Below are positions 40,401 to 52,758 of a stretch of 52,758 bases of DNA, piece after piece. The stretch's first letter is position 1; each line of letters opens with the position of its first letter. This stretch comes from Octopus bimaculoides (Eukaryota). The notes under the pieces are model-generated. The model ran no database searches, was not told the origin of the DNA, and saw nothing but the letters and a program-made list of their open reading frames with translations. Where the stretch lies: positions 26,163,742-26,216,499 of the forward strand of contig NC_068986.1 in the NCBI RefSeq assembly GCF_001194135.2, read 5' to 3'. Both the position numbers and the translations under genes were made by a program.

Positions 40401-43400
40401 TTTAGAATATATTCATGAAATTTTAATATTCATAACTGATGAAATGGTGTATGTTTTGTGCATTAAAGAAAATATTTCCTATTTTCTTTGATCATGCATA
40501 TCTCATTCAAATTGAAAAATGATAATCTTATAAAATTAGATTCCTTATCCACATAAGTTGTGAGTTTTATACTAATGAATTATTTTCAAAAGCAAAGTAT
40601 TTAAAAACAAGATCGAAGAATTCAGTTTGAGCAAAAGTTAAGAAATAACATAATTTTGTTTCCGCTCTTTTCTTCCCTTTAGTTTTTTTTTTTTTTTTTT
40701 TTTCAAAGCCCATATTAGAACAAAAATTAATTATTCATTTAGAGAAAAGCACAAAAGAGGGTTCAAGAGTGAAATGCTAAGAGGTAAGAAAACTTTTAAT
40801 CGGAGGAAGTAGTTACAAGCGGGAGTATGCCAATAATATGAAACTAAAGAAGTAGCCAATGGTTAGAGATTTAAAACAGTTAATGAAGCTTCACAATAAA
40901 ACTGTTAAAGAACTTCATTAATATGTAGAAATCGTTATCAAAATTTCAGAAATCAAATGAGACAGAGTGATGTGTGAAAAAACACGGACAATAATTTTAG
41001 AGAAATGTCAAGCATAACAAAGAAGTTGAGAGTGAAAAGACTACTATTATGTGAAAAAGTTTGTCATGTGGTTTAATCCACTAGACAGTCATTAAAGCAA
41101 TTAGAAGTTTGAATAGGTTAGTATTTCAGTTTTAATTATTTATTATTTGGAACATTTATTAAGATTTCAGGGATAACAGTTAAACACTACTAGCATTATC
41201 AACAACAGGAAAGAAATGAACTTCTGTTACAAATTTATGCTAAAATTTTTTTTTTTTTCATTAAATGCATCTTAATCTACATTAAAAGTGTACCACAGAT
41301 AATATGAGTAGGGATTATAGAAATATAAACTACTTAATCACAATTTGCAGCTTGTGAAATATAAAGAAAGAAATAAGGCACTAAATGATTTCAATGAGTT
41401 TTCCAAAGCCTCATATGAAAATAAGAGAGTTTTGTTTGTAACTGAATAAGAAGAAAACACCTTATCTGTAAGCACTCCATTTACATAAATTTATCTATTT
41501 CAATAAAACAGCTGTTTATTATTTAAAAGCCAGAGTAAGCATAACTCAAAAGATGTAAGAAGCAAATGTAGTAGTGTTGACATAAGAAAGGAAAAAGGAG
41601 AGGACTGAGAGGTAGAACAGAAACAGTGGTAGCCTCCACCTGAAAAAAGAAATTAGGGCACTAAATCTATTTGTGTTGACCACTCACTGGTAGCAGGGCA
41701 GCGGAATTGTACGGGCGAATCGCCATCTTCATCATCATAGTCTGTACTGCTTATTGAATTTACTGGAGAAAGAGAATAACATAGCAAATGTAAGCCAGAT
41801 GGCATATTATAAGAACAAAAGATGTCTGGAAATAATAGAGAAGAAACAGAATTTTAAAGTAGATGAATTATTAGGGAAAAACTTCAAATAGATGAAAGTA
41901 AGAGTAAAGGCTTTAGCTTGACACAGGAATGAAAAGATGAGGTAAAAGAAAAAGAGAAAGTTAAGTGGAAAGAAAAAAAAAAGGATTAAAAAGATAAAAG
42001 TTGGCTTTATATAAATACAATTTAAAGCTGTTATCTATCTGTTTTTAAAATGTCTTGAACACTAATCAGAAATTTCTTAGATTTGAAAAGAAAAGCTTTG
42101 TAAAATGTACATGCACATTTGAGAATGGGAGAGTACACAACTGTATTATGTGTGGGAACATTTTAGGTAAAAGGAACTGATCTTTTAAGATGTCTAACTA
42201 CTAAAACAAAAGTCTGGAGTTCAAGCTCTCTCATGAATATGCTCACTAAGTAGATATGGTACCTGAATAGTATTGTGAAGGTTGAGTGGGTGTTAAAGTA
42301 GTTAACATGTTTTTTCCATGCTAGCATGTTTAGAATAGCTTATTTGTTGATGCAACTGTTTTTGTAGCTAGATGTCCTTTCTTATTCTAAGGAAGAAGGA
42401 ATGGAATCTGGATAGTGTTACATGGCAAGTTCAGAGATACAACTCAAAGCTTGAGCTTGTGACTGTAGAATTCAGTTATTAAGAATATCAACATTAAAAA
42501 TGAATTTGTGTAAGAGCGGAAATGACAGGTTTGTTTTGATACAGAGTTCATGTTATGGACATGTATTTTCAGGTTCTGTAGCTGTATCTTGTAAAGACAA
42601 GTGGTATAAAAATCTTTTATTAAAAAAAAAAACAGTTAAGGGTTGGCAACAGGAAGAGCATCTGGCCTGAAAATACTACATCCAATAAATCTTCATCCAC
42701 ACCATGCCAGCATGGAAGAGTAAAGATAAAAATGAATGAAAAATAGAAAAATGATTTCATTAATTTCAAAGGTTGATTTGAAATTTGAGCTATAGTTAAA
42801 ATTCAGCCTCTAGTTTAGAGATTTGAACTCCTGGACTATAGGCGGATAATCCACTAAAATATCCACTCAACCATTTCACACACACACACATTTGTTTGTT
42901 TCCTCATTAAAAGTGCATTACTCAAAATGATGCTCTGATAGCCAACCAAAAAATGGGCCTTAACTGCTCCATTCGCTTCCCATCCTATCAACAAGTTACT
43001 TATAGTCTACTATGTTCTTCACCAATCACAATTCCCATTTTTTTTGTCCCCCCCCCCCCAAATGCCAGCTCACATGAATTCCCCAGCCATCCATATTTTT
43101 CATGCAGACATATTGCAAATGTTGAAATGAAACATAAAACATATCAATCTCACTAGTTTTTTGTCAGAAAAGACTATGGGTACAGTTCCTTCCTCCTAAC
43201 TAAACTGGAAAAAAATTAAGAAATTAAAAATCAACTTTACTGTAAACACCAACCAGACATGCATGTGAGTGCATTTGTATTATAACACCAGTTATATTCT
43301 GTAATACTTTGATTATTTCCCTTTGCAGTAAGCAAGAATTAGTGAATATTTTATATTTCTCATTACAGTATATTGTTTCCAGATTTTATATCTTTAAATG

Positions 43401-46400
43401 TTGCTTCTTAGCAACATGTTTTCTCAGCAGCTTCTGCAGCATGTAAAATGCTTCCAGAGAAAAACAGACGCATAAAGCCTTGAATTTTTCCACTGCATTC
43501 ATTCACTAGCATGAAATGAACACATACACAATAAATAAATAAATGAATAAATAAATAATAACTGAAAAGTTATTTCTGTGAAAATCTTATATGGCCTAAT
43601 ACCATATAACAGGACAAATAGAACATCTCTAATCAGGAGAAAAAAAGAAAAATTTACAGTTTCCAAATTTCACCTTTGCTAAACTTAATCAAAGGAAGGA
43701 TTTTGAAAAATTGCATATATATCTTTCTTTTGTTATCAGAATTCAACAAGACAGGAATACTCTCATCAGAAAACAAGTAAAGCTTAAATGATAGAGCAAA
43801 TATAGAAAAAGAAATGAAAAGCATGTGGCACTAATGGATAAGATTTCCATTGTAATCAAAGAACTACAGTGAGAACTAAGAAAAATCAAGGAGGCAGGAT
43901 ATGAAGTATTGAAAAATCTGGTTAGTAAACCTAACACAGTCTTGCCTTTACTGAAATAAGTTTAAATATCATAAAAATATGACTGATAGAGTGCATAGAA
44001 ATCTTGAAATTGGCAACAATATGATGAGTTCAGTGTTAAAATTATGATTTTCAGGAAAGACAATAAAATATGAATATTCTAAATAACAATTAGTTATCTT
44101 CTATCATTAAACATCCATTAATTTTTTTTTAATTACAAAGAGTCACTGTTGATTTAAGAAAAATAAGAACAAAACTCCAAGATTTTAAAATATTCTCTGT
44201 TGGAATTTGGGTTTTGAAGTATATGCAGAAATTTCAGATTATATCACCAGCAAATGAAAACAGACTAAGATGGTTAAGGCATTCTGCCAAAAATATAAAA
44301 TATTGAAGCATAAAGAATTTAAGAGGATCATGAACTAAAAATACTTGAAAAATCATATTTCACATCAAGACAAAACTTAGAATGCTAGTTCAGATGTTAG
44401 AAGCTAAAAATATAAGGAAACTACTGCATTGCTGACCTTGCCAACATATACCAGCACTGAAAAACCACTAGTGATGGATAGGATGAGTGATGACCATCTT
44501 CATTATCAGGATAATGAGTTTGTTAATTACAATAGTGATGATGAAGATGTTGATGAATGATGATGATGATGATGATGATAAATGATGATGATGATGATGA
44601 ATAATGTTGAAGATGAGGCATTAAACAATATGAATGTTGATTTCTTTTGCACTATCATTAAGTTTATATGCTGGGCACCAAATCTGAAATAGTAGGCATA
44701 ATTCTTTTGATGCCTGAGTATTCTGAATGTATCTTGAGGATATAGTTGTTGTTTAAATGCAGGTCAACCTTGATTAAGTAAATCTATGATCTAAGGCATT
44801 TCAGCTGTGATCATCATCTTTCTTTTTTTTTGTATCTAGGGCTGCATTGTCTAAAGTGCCCTTTTATTTTTAAGATGGTAACATATGACACGAGGGAATG
44901 TGCCTGCTATTTCTTATAATTGGAGCACTCATGTAGCAGCTCCTTCATTGGACTGTAATGTAGAGATATATAGAGATAGGAAAGGATATGCAAATGTTAG
45001 AGAAGACAAGTAAATTTGACAACATCCAATGTGTGCTCTTTTCTGAGGTGTGTTCCTTTCTGAAATGTAATTTATAATTACAGGCCTATCATCATTATCA
45101 TCATTGAATGAGTCATCGTAGTTTGTGTCAAAAATAATTTGGAGAACTGAGTCAGAGGAACATATCTTACTCATTTCTCCATTTGTGGATGGTTTTCTAC
45201 AGCTAGATGCCCTACTTAACACTAACCACTTTACAAAGTGTATACAGGCTGCATTTTATTTTGGTATAAGCATTACAGAGGTCTAAGTCCTCAACGCAGC
45301 TGAAGAATCCAATCTACTTAATGTTGTCTCCACTCAATTTCCAACTTATTACAGGATTTACTGGATGCACTTATCTCAGTACAAACACTGAAGAGGTTGA
45401 GGTTGCTCTATTCACTAGTCTCTGTTCTTTCAAAGCAAACACAAGAATGGACAGAAGGGGAAAAGAACAGAGAATATAGGAAAGACTAGGAGGTGGGGCA
45501 ACAGTGATGGAATGGCAGTGGAAGGGGATTTATAGGGACAGTTATATCTGGTTGTTGGCAAGAGTTTGAATAGAAAATTCCATGATGAATCTCATGGGAT
45601 AGCAATAAATATGATGGTTAGAGATAGAGAACTAGAAGGATGATATTGGAAGAGAGAGGGATAATAAGAATGGATGATGGTGGATAGATAAAGCAAATGC
45701 CATTCTTTGTTACACAGGAATCAGACTACAGCAAATAGGATAGAGGGTAACAAATAGGGCTGTACATGGAAACTTAAGACTATAATGGGTGAGAGAACAA
45801 CATATACATCTCAAGCTCCATCACCACCATCATTATTTTAATGATTATTTTGCCATGCTTGCACCAGTGAGTGGATCTTCTCCATATGTCACCAATCATC
45901 ACATTTCCTTTATAATTTCGTTATGTCAGCCTTTTCCACTTCATCCTGTATCTTCCTTTTCTACAGACTTCACCCATTTCACACACTTGACACTTCTTTA
46001 CTCAACTCTCATTCACCATGCTTGTATCAGTGCCAAGTTCTCTCTTGCACAAGGCATACATCAACTATTTTAAACATTTTAAACATGTTTAGAGTTGTTA
46101 GGATAGGTGTTTGGGGCCTAAAGAAGACTGTTTTCATGGCATATGATGATACAGGAAAGTATTTTTGAAGATATACTTTTGATGGGTTTTTTTTTATGTC
46201 TAAGAATATATACTCTTTTACTCTCTTTTACTTGTTTCAGTCATTTGACTGCGGCTATACTGGAGCACCGCCTTTTNNNNNNNNNNNNNNNNNNNNNNNN
46301 NNNNNNNNNNNNNNNNNNNNNNNNNNNNNNNNNNNNNNNNNNNNNNNNNNNNNNNNNNNNNNNNNNNNNNNNNNNNNNNNNNNNNNNNNNNNNNNNNNNN

Positions 46401-46538
46401 NNNNNNNNNNNNNNNNNNNNNNNNNNNNNNNNNNNNNNNNNNNNNNNNNNNNNNNNNNNNNNNNNNNNNNNNNNNNNNNNNNNNNNNNNNNNNNNNNNNN
46501 NNNNNNNNNNNNNNNNNNNNNNNNNNNNNNNNNNNNNN

Positions 46539-46570
<32 letters not shown>

Positions 46571-49046
46571 GACAGGCTTCTTTCAGTTTCCATCTACCAA
46601 ATCCACTCACAAGGCTTTGGTCGGCCTGAGGCTATAGTGGAAGACACTTGCCCAAGGTGCCACGCAGTGGGACTGAACCCAGAACCATGTGGTTGGTAAG
46701 CAAGCCACTCCTGCGCCTATATATTTCTCTAGTATCTTTGTTATTCTTAGTATATGTGATGGGCTGTTATGATGGTCCCAAGTTCATATTATTTAGCATT
46801 AGAATGTGCAGTATAGTAAAGCTGGCATTTGTGTACCAACAAAGTGTTTAATATTTGTAATAGCAGACAGAAGTCATGATGATAATGATATATCATGTTA
46901 ATAATAGTGATTATGGCTTTGGTGGTGGTGTTAATGATAAAGCTACCATCACAAATGATAATGAATGGTGGTGATGAATTGTGATGATGAATCATGTGGG
47001 TGATCATGATGATTCTCAATTGTAAGAAAATTTCAAGCTATATTTATTGCTATGAACATTAATGTATGATTTATTATCATTTCACTTTCCAGATGTTACA
47101 AGTGGGTTTTTTTTTTTTTACTATTATCTGTTTTTTTTTTTACATAAAAAAAAAAGCTACAAGCAAACACAGATAATATATTGTCCATAGGACAAATATT
47201 AGATGAACACATCATAATGTATTTCTAATTAAACTCAGAAATTTTCATCAAGCCATATTAATTAAAATCATTACATGAAAAACATTAATTATAAATGTCT
47301 ATATAAAAGAATAATTTTATACGAAATCACTTTAGGGAACTTACTATGATTTCATTCACATTTAGGAACTGAATATTTCAGCATAAACCAACAGACTTAC
47401 TGACTTGTACTATACTAAGTCACCTTAGTCTTTTAGTAGTCAAAACGTTCCATGTGAAATATACTCTTAATGAATAATAATATTATTGTTAGAAAGAAGG
47501 AATTTAAATCATTTGCGGAAGTTACTAAGCATGCAAAATATACAGTATAAATATACAGTATAAACTCTCAGTCCAACAACACAACAAGCAATGAATGAAT
47601 TACAATGACATGTGGTAAAATCATGCAAAGCAGTTGTCTATAATTTTCAATAAACCTTTCACTTCAAATTCCTATTGATGAGTTGCCAAATCTGCAACAT
47701 TTAAGTAGATGTAATCGAAATTATCAAACACTGGCTTATTTATAACATTAAGAACATCTTAATTTATTCTGCAGTGAACTATTAATAAAAAAAAATGCTT
47801 TATTTATTTGGCTATTTCTATAAATAAAGAAAGCTAAATGTTGCCAATAAGTAGTCTAATCAATAATAAGAGTACAACTAAGTATTTATCGTGTATGTAC
47901 TGAACAAATTAAATACACTACTTATGTATCTTTAGAATGACACTATGATGTTTGAAGACTAGACTAGGAAATTCAAGCAGTTATCTTGTGAATTTTATAG
48001 ATACAAAAACAGGTTTGATAATATTGAAGGAAAGAGGCAGTTTTGATTTACAGTAATAAGTGCATTCATTAATCAAGTCTAAATTAAAAAAAAAAATAAT
48101 GAATATCAAATTGTTTTGTAAACAATTAGTTGCATGATTCACATTCAATAACCTTAATTCATTCCATTTGACTTCATAATTGTTCAAAATACCTAAGAAT
48201 GATAAAATACATTAGTAATAATTTTACTATAAATGATAAACTAAATTTATGGGAGAATTGATTCCTTCTTATATCTAATCAAACTTTCCATGTGGTTTAA
48301 AAAACTGCTAAATAAAACTAACAGTGTAGTTTGATTAAATACATATTGAGTCTTCTATCTTTTCCACATCACATTCTTCTTAAAGACTTCATATTCTAAC
48401 ATGAAATTTCCAAATGCTTAAGCTGAAGATCCATCTAAACTTATATAATTCATTACAGCTTATTCAATAGATAAAAAGAAAACACTCCAAAATATAAAGC
48501 TTTTAAGAAATTCATTAAATTAATGTTGCATATATTACATTAGTCGTTATTTCTTTACAATTAAACTTCACTTCTATTAATATATACGTAAGTCAAGACT
48601 TCTGAAATGTTTACATATACTAAAGAATGAATACATGGAGCATGAAAATAAAATATTATAAAAGTTTTTAATGTGAAACAAACTGAATGAAGCACCCAAA
48701 TTTTATCTCTGATTCTAAACAATATTTCCTTTCCTCCTCATCTGTTAATTACCTAAAATATATTTTGATAAAATATTTCAGAAATATAAGCTAACTTAGA
48801 CTGTAATTTGAAAATTTCATTGAAAAAAACATTTGAAAATGTATCTGGATAGTAAGTAAATGTAGTTGAATATTAGATGACATGAATATGAAATAAGCTA
48901 TTTTATATTTGTATGAAAATTCTTAGAAGAATATTGCAAACATTAATGTTTACAAAAACTTGGCAACTTAAGGTAAAAAAAATAAAAAAAAGAATTAAAG
49001 GTTAATGACCAAAATAATGATTGTAATCATTTTTAGATTTTGATGA

Positions 49047-49086
<40 letters not shown>

Positions 49087-49776
49087 GTGATTTCAAGACA
49101 AACATTTTTCTCATTTAACCTAAAATACATCACAAATACAACACTACAAAAAAGTGTTAGATAAAGTAGGTTAAAAGCTACCATAAGCCAAAGAAATATG
49201 ATAGATAGAGATGAGTAACAAATTCTAGTTAAATATTTTTTAAAAGGACATTAGATATTAAAATTAATTAATTAAGAGAAAGGAATTATAACTTAAAACA
49301 TTTTTTTCTAAAATGATTATTAGCTATGACTGTAATATAAACAAGAATTAGTATCTAGAGATGTTTGAAGATAATAGGGTTGGGGGATGAAATTCTCCTT
49401 ATATCTAAGTCAGTACCTCCAGGAGTAGCTGTCTTGACATAGGCAGTTGTACTATTGGATGGAGAAACAACTTCATCACTTCCACTTTCCTCAGATGAAC
49501 CCTGTGATCCCGAGTAGTACTTGGTTGGGACAGACGTTCGCTGACATGCACTAGAATTAGGAGCACCATGTGCAGAGGCATGCGAAACATCGTTATAAAA
49601 CTGGTCTTTATCCTTGCTCAGTGACGACAGATCACTGGAGACTTTTTTGGAAACTGTGCGATAAACAGATTTCTCAATGCCTTCATCCTTCGGAACCGAC
49701 GCATATTTTCTCCCCTTGTTGCGCCGAACATAACACATATCTTCATTATCTTCATACTCATCATCGGTTTCATAAC
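22258..49776 (-). CDS. APBA1: X11/Mint/lin-10 (APBA-family) adaptor gene, partial multi-exon CDS: low-complexity N-terminal region plus first PTB exon
   Basis: Six AG/GT-bounded exons join in compatible phases (1-1, 1-1, 1-0, 0-0, 0-1, 1-0) with no stop codons. The chain ends in the family-diagnostic PTB sequence [43 protein letters not shown]. The symbol denotes the family; assigning a vertebrate paralog is not meaningful here. Confidence 0.88.
24005..24150 (+). mobile_element. tRNA-derived SINE head, diverged copy
   Basis: ggggttcaatctc...gagcaaatgtcttccactatagtctaagactgacc is the reverse complement of the family above. Confidence 0.6.
28519..29092. mobile_element. Cluster of three copies of a second SINE family (+, -, + tail)
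   Basis: Shared aagttcaaa...ttcatcctttc core. The 33-bp tail ctggccttgWgccaaaatttgaaatcaatatta occurs at 28695-28727 and 29060-29092 with 1 mismatch. Confidence 0.75.
29182..29261. mobile_element. 80-bp Tc1/mariner-type MITE
   Basis: Perfect 17-bp TIRs CAGGGTGGCCCAAAATT / AATTTTGGGCCACCCTG, flanked by TA on both sides. Confidence 0.85.
31472..31502 (-). CDS. APBA1: APBA/X11 31-nt exon, AEKRRSRAKE
   Basis: ttttgttgtcttttcag|GCTGAG...GAGG|gtgagt. Phase 0 to 1, which supplies the phase change needed to reach the PTB exon. Confidence 0.85.
33310..33700 (+). repeat. LINE-tail-like repeat, sense copy ending ccatgccagcatggaaaa...(GAT)n
   Basis: Reverse complement of the motifs at 12590 and 19055. 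Confidence 0.6.
33770..33980 (+). mobile_element. Decayed RTE LINE 3' coding fragment
   Basis: Degenerate translation AILHSSETWTLNAE followed by RNEASMLCWMYNVNVHDKWSTNELRK. Confidence 0.65.
35130..35147 (-). CDS. APBA1: APBA/X11 18-nt microexon, PVKKNM (candidate cassette)
   Basis: ttttttgtctcttag|CCTGTGAAGAAGAATATG|gtgaga. Phase 0-0, 381 nt downstream of the 110-nt exon. Confidence 0.7.
35529..35638 (-). CDS. APBA1: APBA/X11 exon (N)FDTDEETDKLLQKQYQTDQHVDIPELSKPPINLGAQ
   Basis: atttttccttag|AT and CAA|gtgagt. 110 nt, phase 1 to 0, open frame. Confidence 0.85.
41688..41762 (-). CDS. APBA1: APBA/X11 exon (V)NSISSTDYDDEDGDSPVQFRCPAT
   Basis: ttctctttctccag|TA and CCA|gtgagt. 75 nt, phase 1-1, CpG-containing coding-like sequence. 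Confidence 0.85.
42636..42740 (+). repeat. LINE-tail-like repeat fragment
   Basis: gggttggcaacaggaagagcatctggcc...ccatgccagcatggaag. Confidence 0.6.
44519..44600. repeat. Imperfect (GAT)n microsatellite
   Basis: Direct reading. Confidence 0.9.
45808..46070 (-). mobile_element. Decayed RTE-like LINE 3' end with a (GAT)n-type tail
   Basis: Reverse complement resembles the RTE C-terminus and ends in gcatggcaaaataatcattaaaataatgatggtggtgatg. Confidence 0.45.
46217..46710 (-). mobile_element. tRNA-derived SINE (gapped), with internal (TA)n
   Basis: Reverse complement has a box-B-like ggttcagtcccac head followed by ggcaccttgggcaagtgtcttccactatagcc...gatttggtagatggaaactgaaagaagcc. Related copies lie at ~19966 and ~24005. 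Confidence 0.75.
46277..46538. other. Assembly gap inside the SINE microsatellite
   Basis: N run. Confidence 0.99.
49049..49082. repeat. 34-nt poly(A) run
   Basis: Direct reading. Confidence 0.95.
49417..49776 (-). CDS. APBA1: APBA/X11 N-terminal acidic, Ser-rich exon YETDDEYEDNEDMCY...AYVKTATPG
   Basis: Longest gap-free ORF in the track. Acceptor ttcatttatttctag|GT. The last GT before the stop is GAG|gtactg, giving 360 nt, phase 1-1. The donor is non-optimal, so the 3' boundary is less certain. Confidence 0.75.
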
Positions 49777-52499
49777 CTAGAAATAAATGAATCATGCCTG
49801 GATATGATAATCATGCAGCATTCAACATAAAATGTTTAAATAAATACCAAACAATAAATTAAAAAAAGACATCACATGAACAGCAAATACAATAGCAATG
49901 CAACATTTCAAAAGAAATAAAAATGAATAACTTATAAAAGGCACAAATATTTAAGTGAACTGCACAATTAACTAAATTTTATAAAGAAATATAAAGCCAA
50001 AACATAACTGAACTGGAGAATAATAAATATCAAACCACATGAGATAAATCTTTAAATTGGTCTTAACTTAAAAGTAAAATCTGAAGAAGTTAGAAAATAC
50101 TTGCTATTTTTAACTATTTATTTGATTCATGCTATATTTTCAATTTATAATAATTTCTTAGTTGCTGGAGTTACTTTTCTATAGACAAAATTAATCATTA
50201 TACTTGAGTGGTATTTATTTCATCACCTTGGAGAAATGAAATGCAAAGTAGACATCAAATATAGTAGTGTATTTGATATAACATACACTGCATATATTAA
50301 CATGAACAGAATTGTTCCATACTTGCTTTAAACTGAATGGTGTTTATCATCTGTATGGCATATATTTAACCAACTTAATTCAGTCTAGATTTTTTAAAAA
50401 ATAAATTTGTATTTTGTCTACATGTCTACAAATAATTAACTAACATTTTATGTAGGAATTTTATGGCTGTTTCAGTAACAAAGTGGCTCTATTCAGACAC
50501 CACATTTTGAAGAGTAATTATATGTTTAATTCAATCAATATGCTCAATTTCAAACTGACAAAGTTTAAGGTAAAAAGATTAAGCACTAAGGAAAGAACAA
50601 CAAATGAAAATCACTAGAGATATGGGATTTTCTAATCCATCCAACTATGCCAATTTAGAAAAAGAAACAAAACTTTGAAGACTTTATTTTTTAATTTATT
50701 TTTCAGCTACTTTCTAATGAAACATTTTCAATGAATCTTGAAATATAATAGAAATACAGATGAAAAGCTTAGTAACAATCTTGTAGAACACTTGATATTC
50801 TGTGAGTTCCCTTTCATCTTATCAATCAAGTTTTGAAATGTAAGACAAAATATAAATTATTCGAAGAATAGCATGACAGCTTACAATATATTAATTTTCA
50901 GCATAATCAACAGTCTTGCTGCTCAATCTAATTAAAATATAAAATTAAATATTAGAATTTACTTATAATCTTCAACAAATTTTCTTTTACTCTTCATTAA
51001 AAAAAATATTCATCCACTTCAATATAGTTTTTCTGTTGTAGCTATCTTGTTTTTAATTACTATGAAACCAATGCTTTTCATTTTACTTACTCACTGAGAA
51101 TATAAGAAATATGATTCACTTTTCTTAGCTATTTCAATGATAAATTGTTGTTTCTGGAAACTACTATGAACATCATAAAAAATAATAATATCATTGTTAG
51201 TGATGAAAAAAAGTATTTTAAATTTTAGGATTTCAAAAGTGAACATGGAGTTAATTTAAGTTATTCATTCTAATAAACAGAGTGATTTTAGTAAACCCCA
51301 CACTGCAGAAATATAATCAATATAAATACACCAGCCAATATTTCTAATGAGAGTGGTTTAGAGTACATTATAATTACTTCCCTCAAAGATGTCATTACAG
51401 ATGTTAGTACTGAAGTATTCTAAAACAATCAGCAGATCATACCACATAGACCTAGAAAAACTGATAGGATTAAAAGACTAATAGCATAATACTAAAAGCC
51501 ATAATAAAAGCCATAATAATAAAGCAATTGTACATTAATTTCCTAACAACTAGTCATAATGTAAAGTGAAAGGGCAGCCCACAAAATGTACAGTGTTCAA
51601 TTATAATGTAAAATTATTGAGGTAAAAACATGCAAACCATTTATTAAAATGCTTCATGCAAGAGTTTACATAATGTATAGAGAGCCATTTCAACAGACAA
51701 CAAGGATTACAACATAATCAACAGTACAAAATACAGAGTAGTTTGTAAAAATGCAAAGATTTAAATTAAATTCAAAATTTACTGTAAAGATACCCATGCA
51801 CTGTGACAAAGAAACAATGAATTGCATCAATGATCTTAAACAGAGAATTGAACAAAATTATCAAGCAAAAGTAATTAAAAAGTGACAAGAAAGGAAACTA
51901 TAAACGATGCATTATTTCTTTCTATACACACATATATTAGCATTCAAAATTAGAATAATTCAACAAATATTTTTAATTATTATTTTTTTAAATAATAAAA
52001 ATAAGTCTTCTTTAGTAGTTTCTCATTTCAAGTTTCAATTTAACTAGTCCACTAGTATCCAAAGGTTAACATTTATAATTCGTAGGTCTATTGCTAAATT
52101 ACACAGAGTTTAATAATTTGTTTTGTCTGCCAGTCATTTTGGTAGGTATCCTTATAGCTTACGTATGGAATAAATATATAATAAATATTCTTCACGACAA
52201 AAAAAAAAAAAAAAATCAAATAATAGAAATAAATAGAAAATGGCTTAATGAAAGACAACTGAGTTAAAACCAAACCTGAATGATGCTAAGTTTGAAAAGT
52301 TAATGTAATATTTTCATATATATTAATTTAAAACTAACATTAATGTAATGATTTATTGTGTCTTCTTTTCGGAACCAGAAATATTTGAAACAGGAATACA
52401 TAGGAAGAAATAGATTGAAATTGATAGAAATAGAAGCAAATAAAAATAGACAGATTGAAAGAAACAGATCAATTGATCTATCAACAGACAAAGTGTTTA

Positions 52500-52655
52500 A
52501 TTTTCCTATAACTATTTTAACATTATTTACATTATTTACATTTGACGGATATTTGTCCTCATTTTGTTTGTTGTTAACATAACGTTTCGGCTGATATACC
52601 CTCCAGCCTTTGTCAGGTGTCTTGGGGAAATTTCGAACCTGGGTTCTCATTCCTA
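52500..52655 (-). mobile_element. Penelope-like terminal-repeat fragment containing a degenerate hammerhead motif
   Basis: Minus strand reads GACAC-CTGACAA-AGGCTG-GAGGGTATAT-CAGCC-GAAACGTT-ATGTT. It shares ttacatttgacggatatttgtc with the 13455 hairpin. Confidence 0.6.
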
Positions 52656-52705
52656 ACGATGTTACTATTATTATATTATTATTATTATTATTATTATTAC
52701 TATTA

Positions 52706-52758
52706 TTAACCAGGTCGCTGCCGTGAATCGAACTCGGAACCTTGGGGTTAGTACCCCG
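52706..52758 (-). mobile_element. Short tRNA-derived SINE head with a (TAA)n tail, cut by the window end
   Basis: Reverse complement is ...ctaaccccaaggttccgaGTTCGATTCacggcagcgacctgg, containing a box B, followed by (AAT)n at 52664-52708. Confidence 0.6.

Noticed and set aside
46143-46699. Longest ORFs in the supplied track (112-167 aa)
   Set aside because: They are artefacts of reading through N runs and (TA)n.
1-52758. CRISPR arrays, rRNA genes, bona fide tRNA genes, prokaryotic operons
   Set aside because: None seen. The tRNA-like boxes belong to SINE heads and the sequence is eukaryotic intronic DNA.

Overview
AT-rich eukaryotic genomic DNA with large introns. The repeat families resemble those of octopod cephalopods; this is an inference from pattern recognition, not a database hit. 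Almost the whole window is the interior of one minus-strand gene, an X11/Mint/lin-10 (APBA-family) adaptor. Six exons chain in phase from 49776 down to 22258, ending in the first PTB-domain exon ([20 protein letters not shown]...[10 protein letters not shown]). The gene's start and its remaining PTB/PDZ exons lie outside the window or were not found. The long intron after the PTB exon holds frame-preserving candidate cassette exons (6 nt and 45 nt). The introns carry decayed RTE-type LINE pieces, tRNA-derived SINEs, Tc1/mariner MITEs, Penelope-like fragments, microsatellites and three assembly gaps. The most unusual items are: a CpG-rich 365-bp unit with perfect 28-bp inverted repeats around a 56-aa SAP-domain ORF missed by the ORF track; a degenerate minimal hammerhead-ribozyme motif; and a LINE split by a ~700-bp inversion bounded by 6-bp inverted microhomology. 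Most ORFs in the supplied track look spurious. All exon calls are manual and untested against RNA data.
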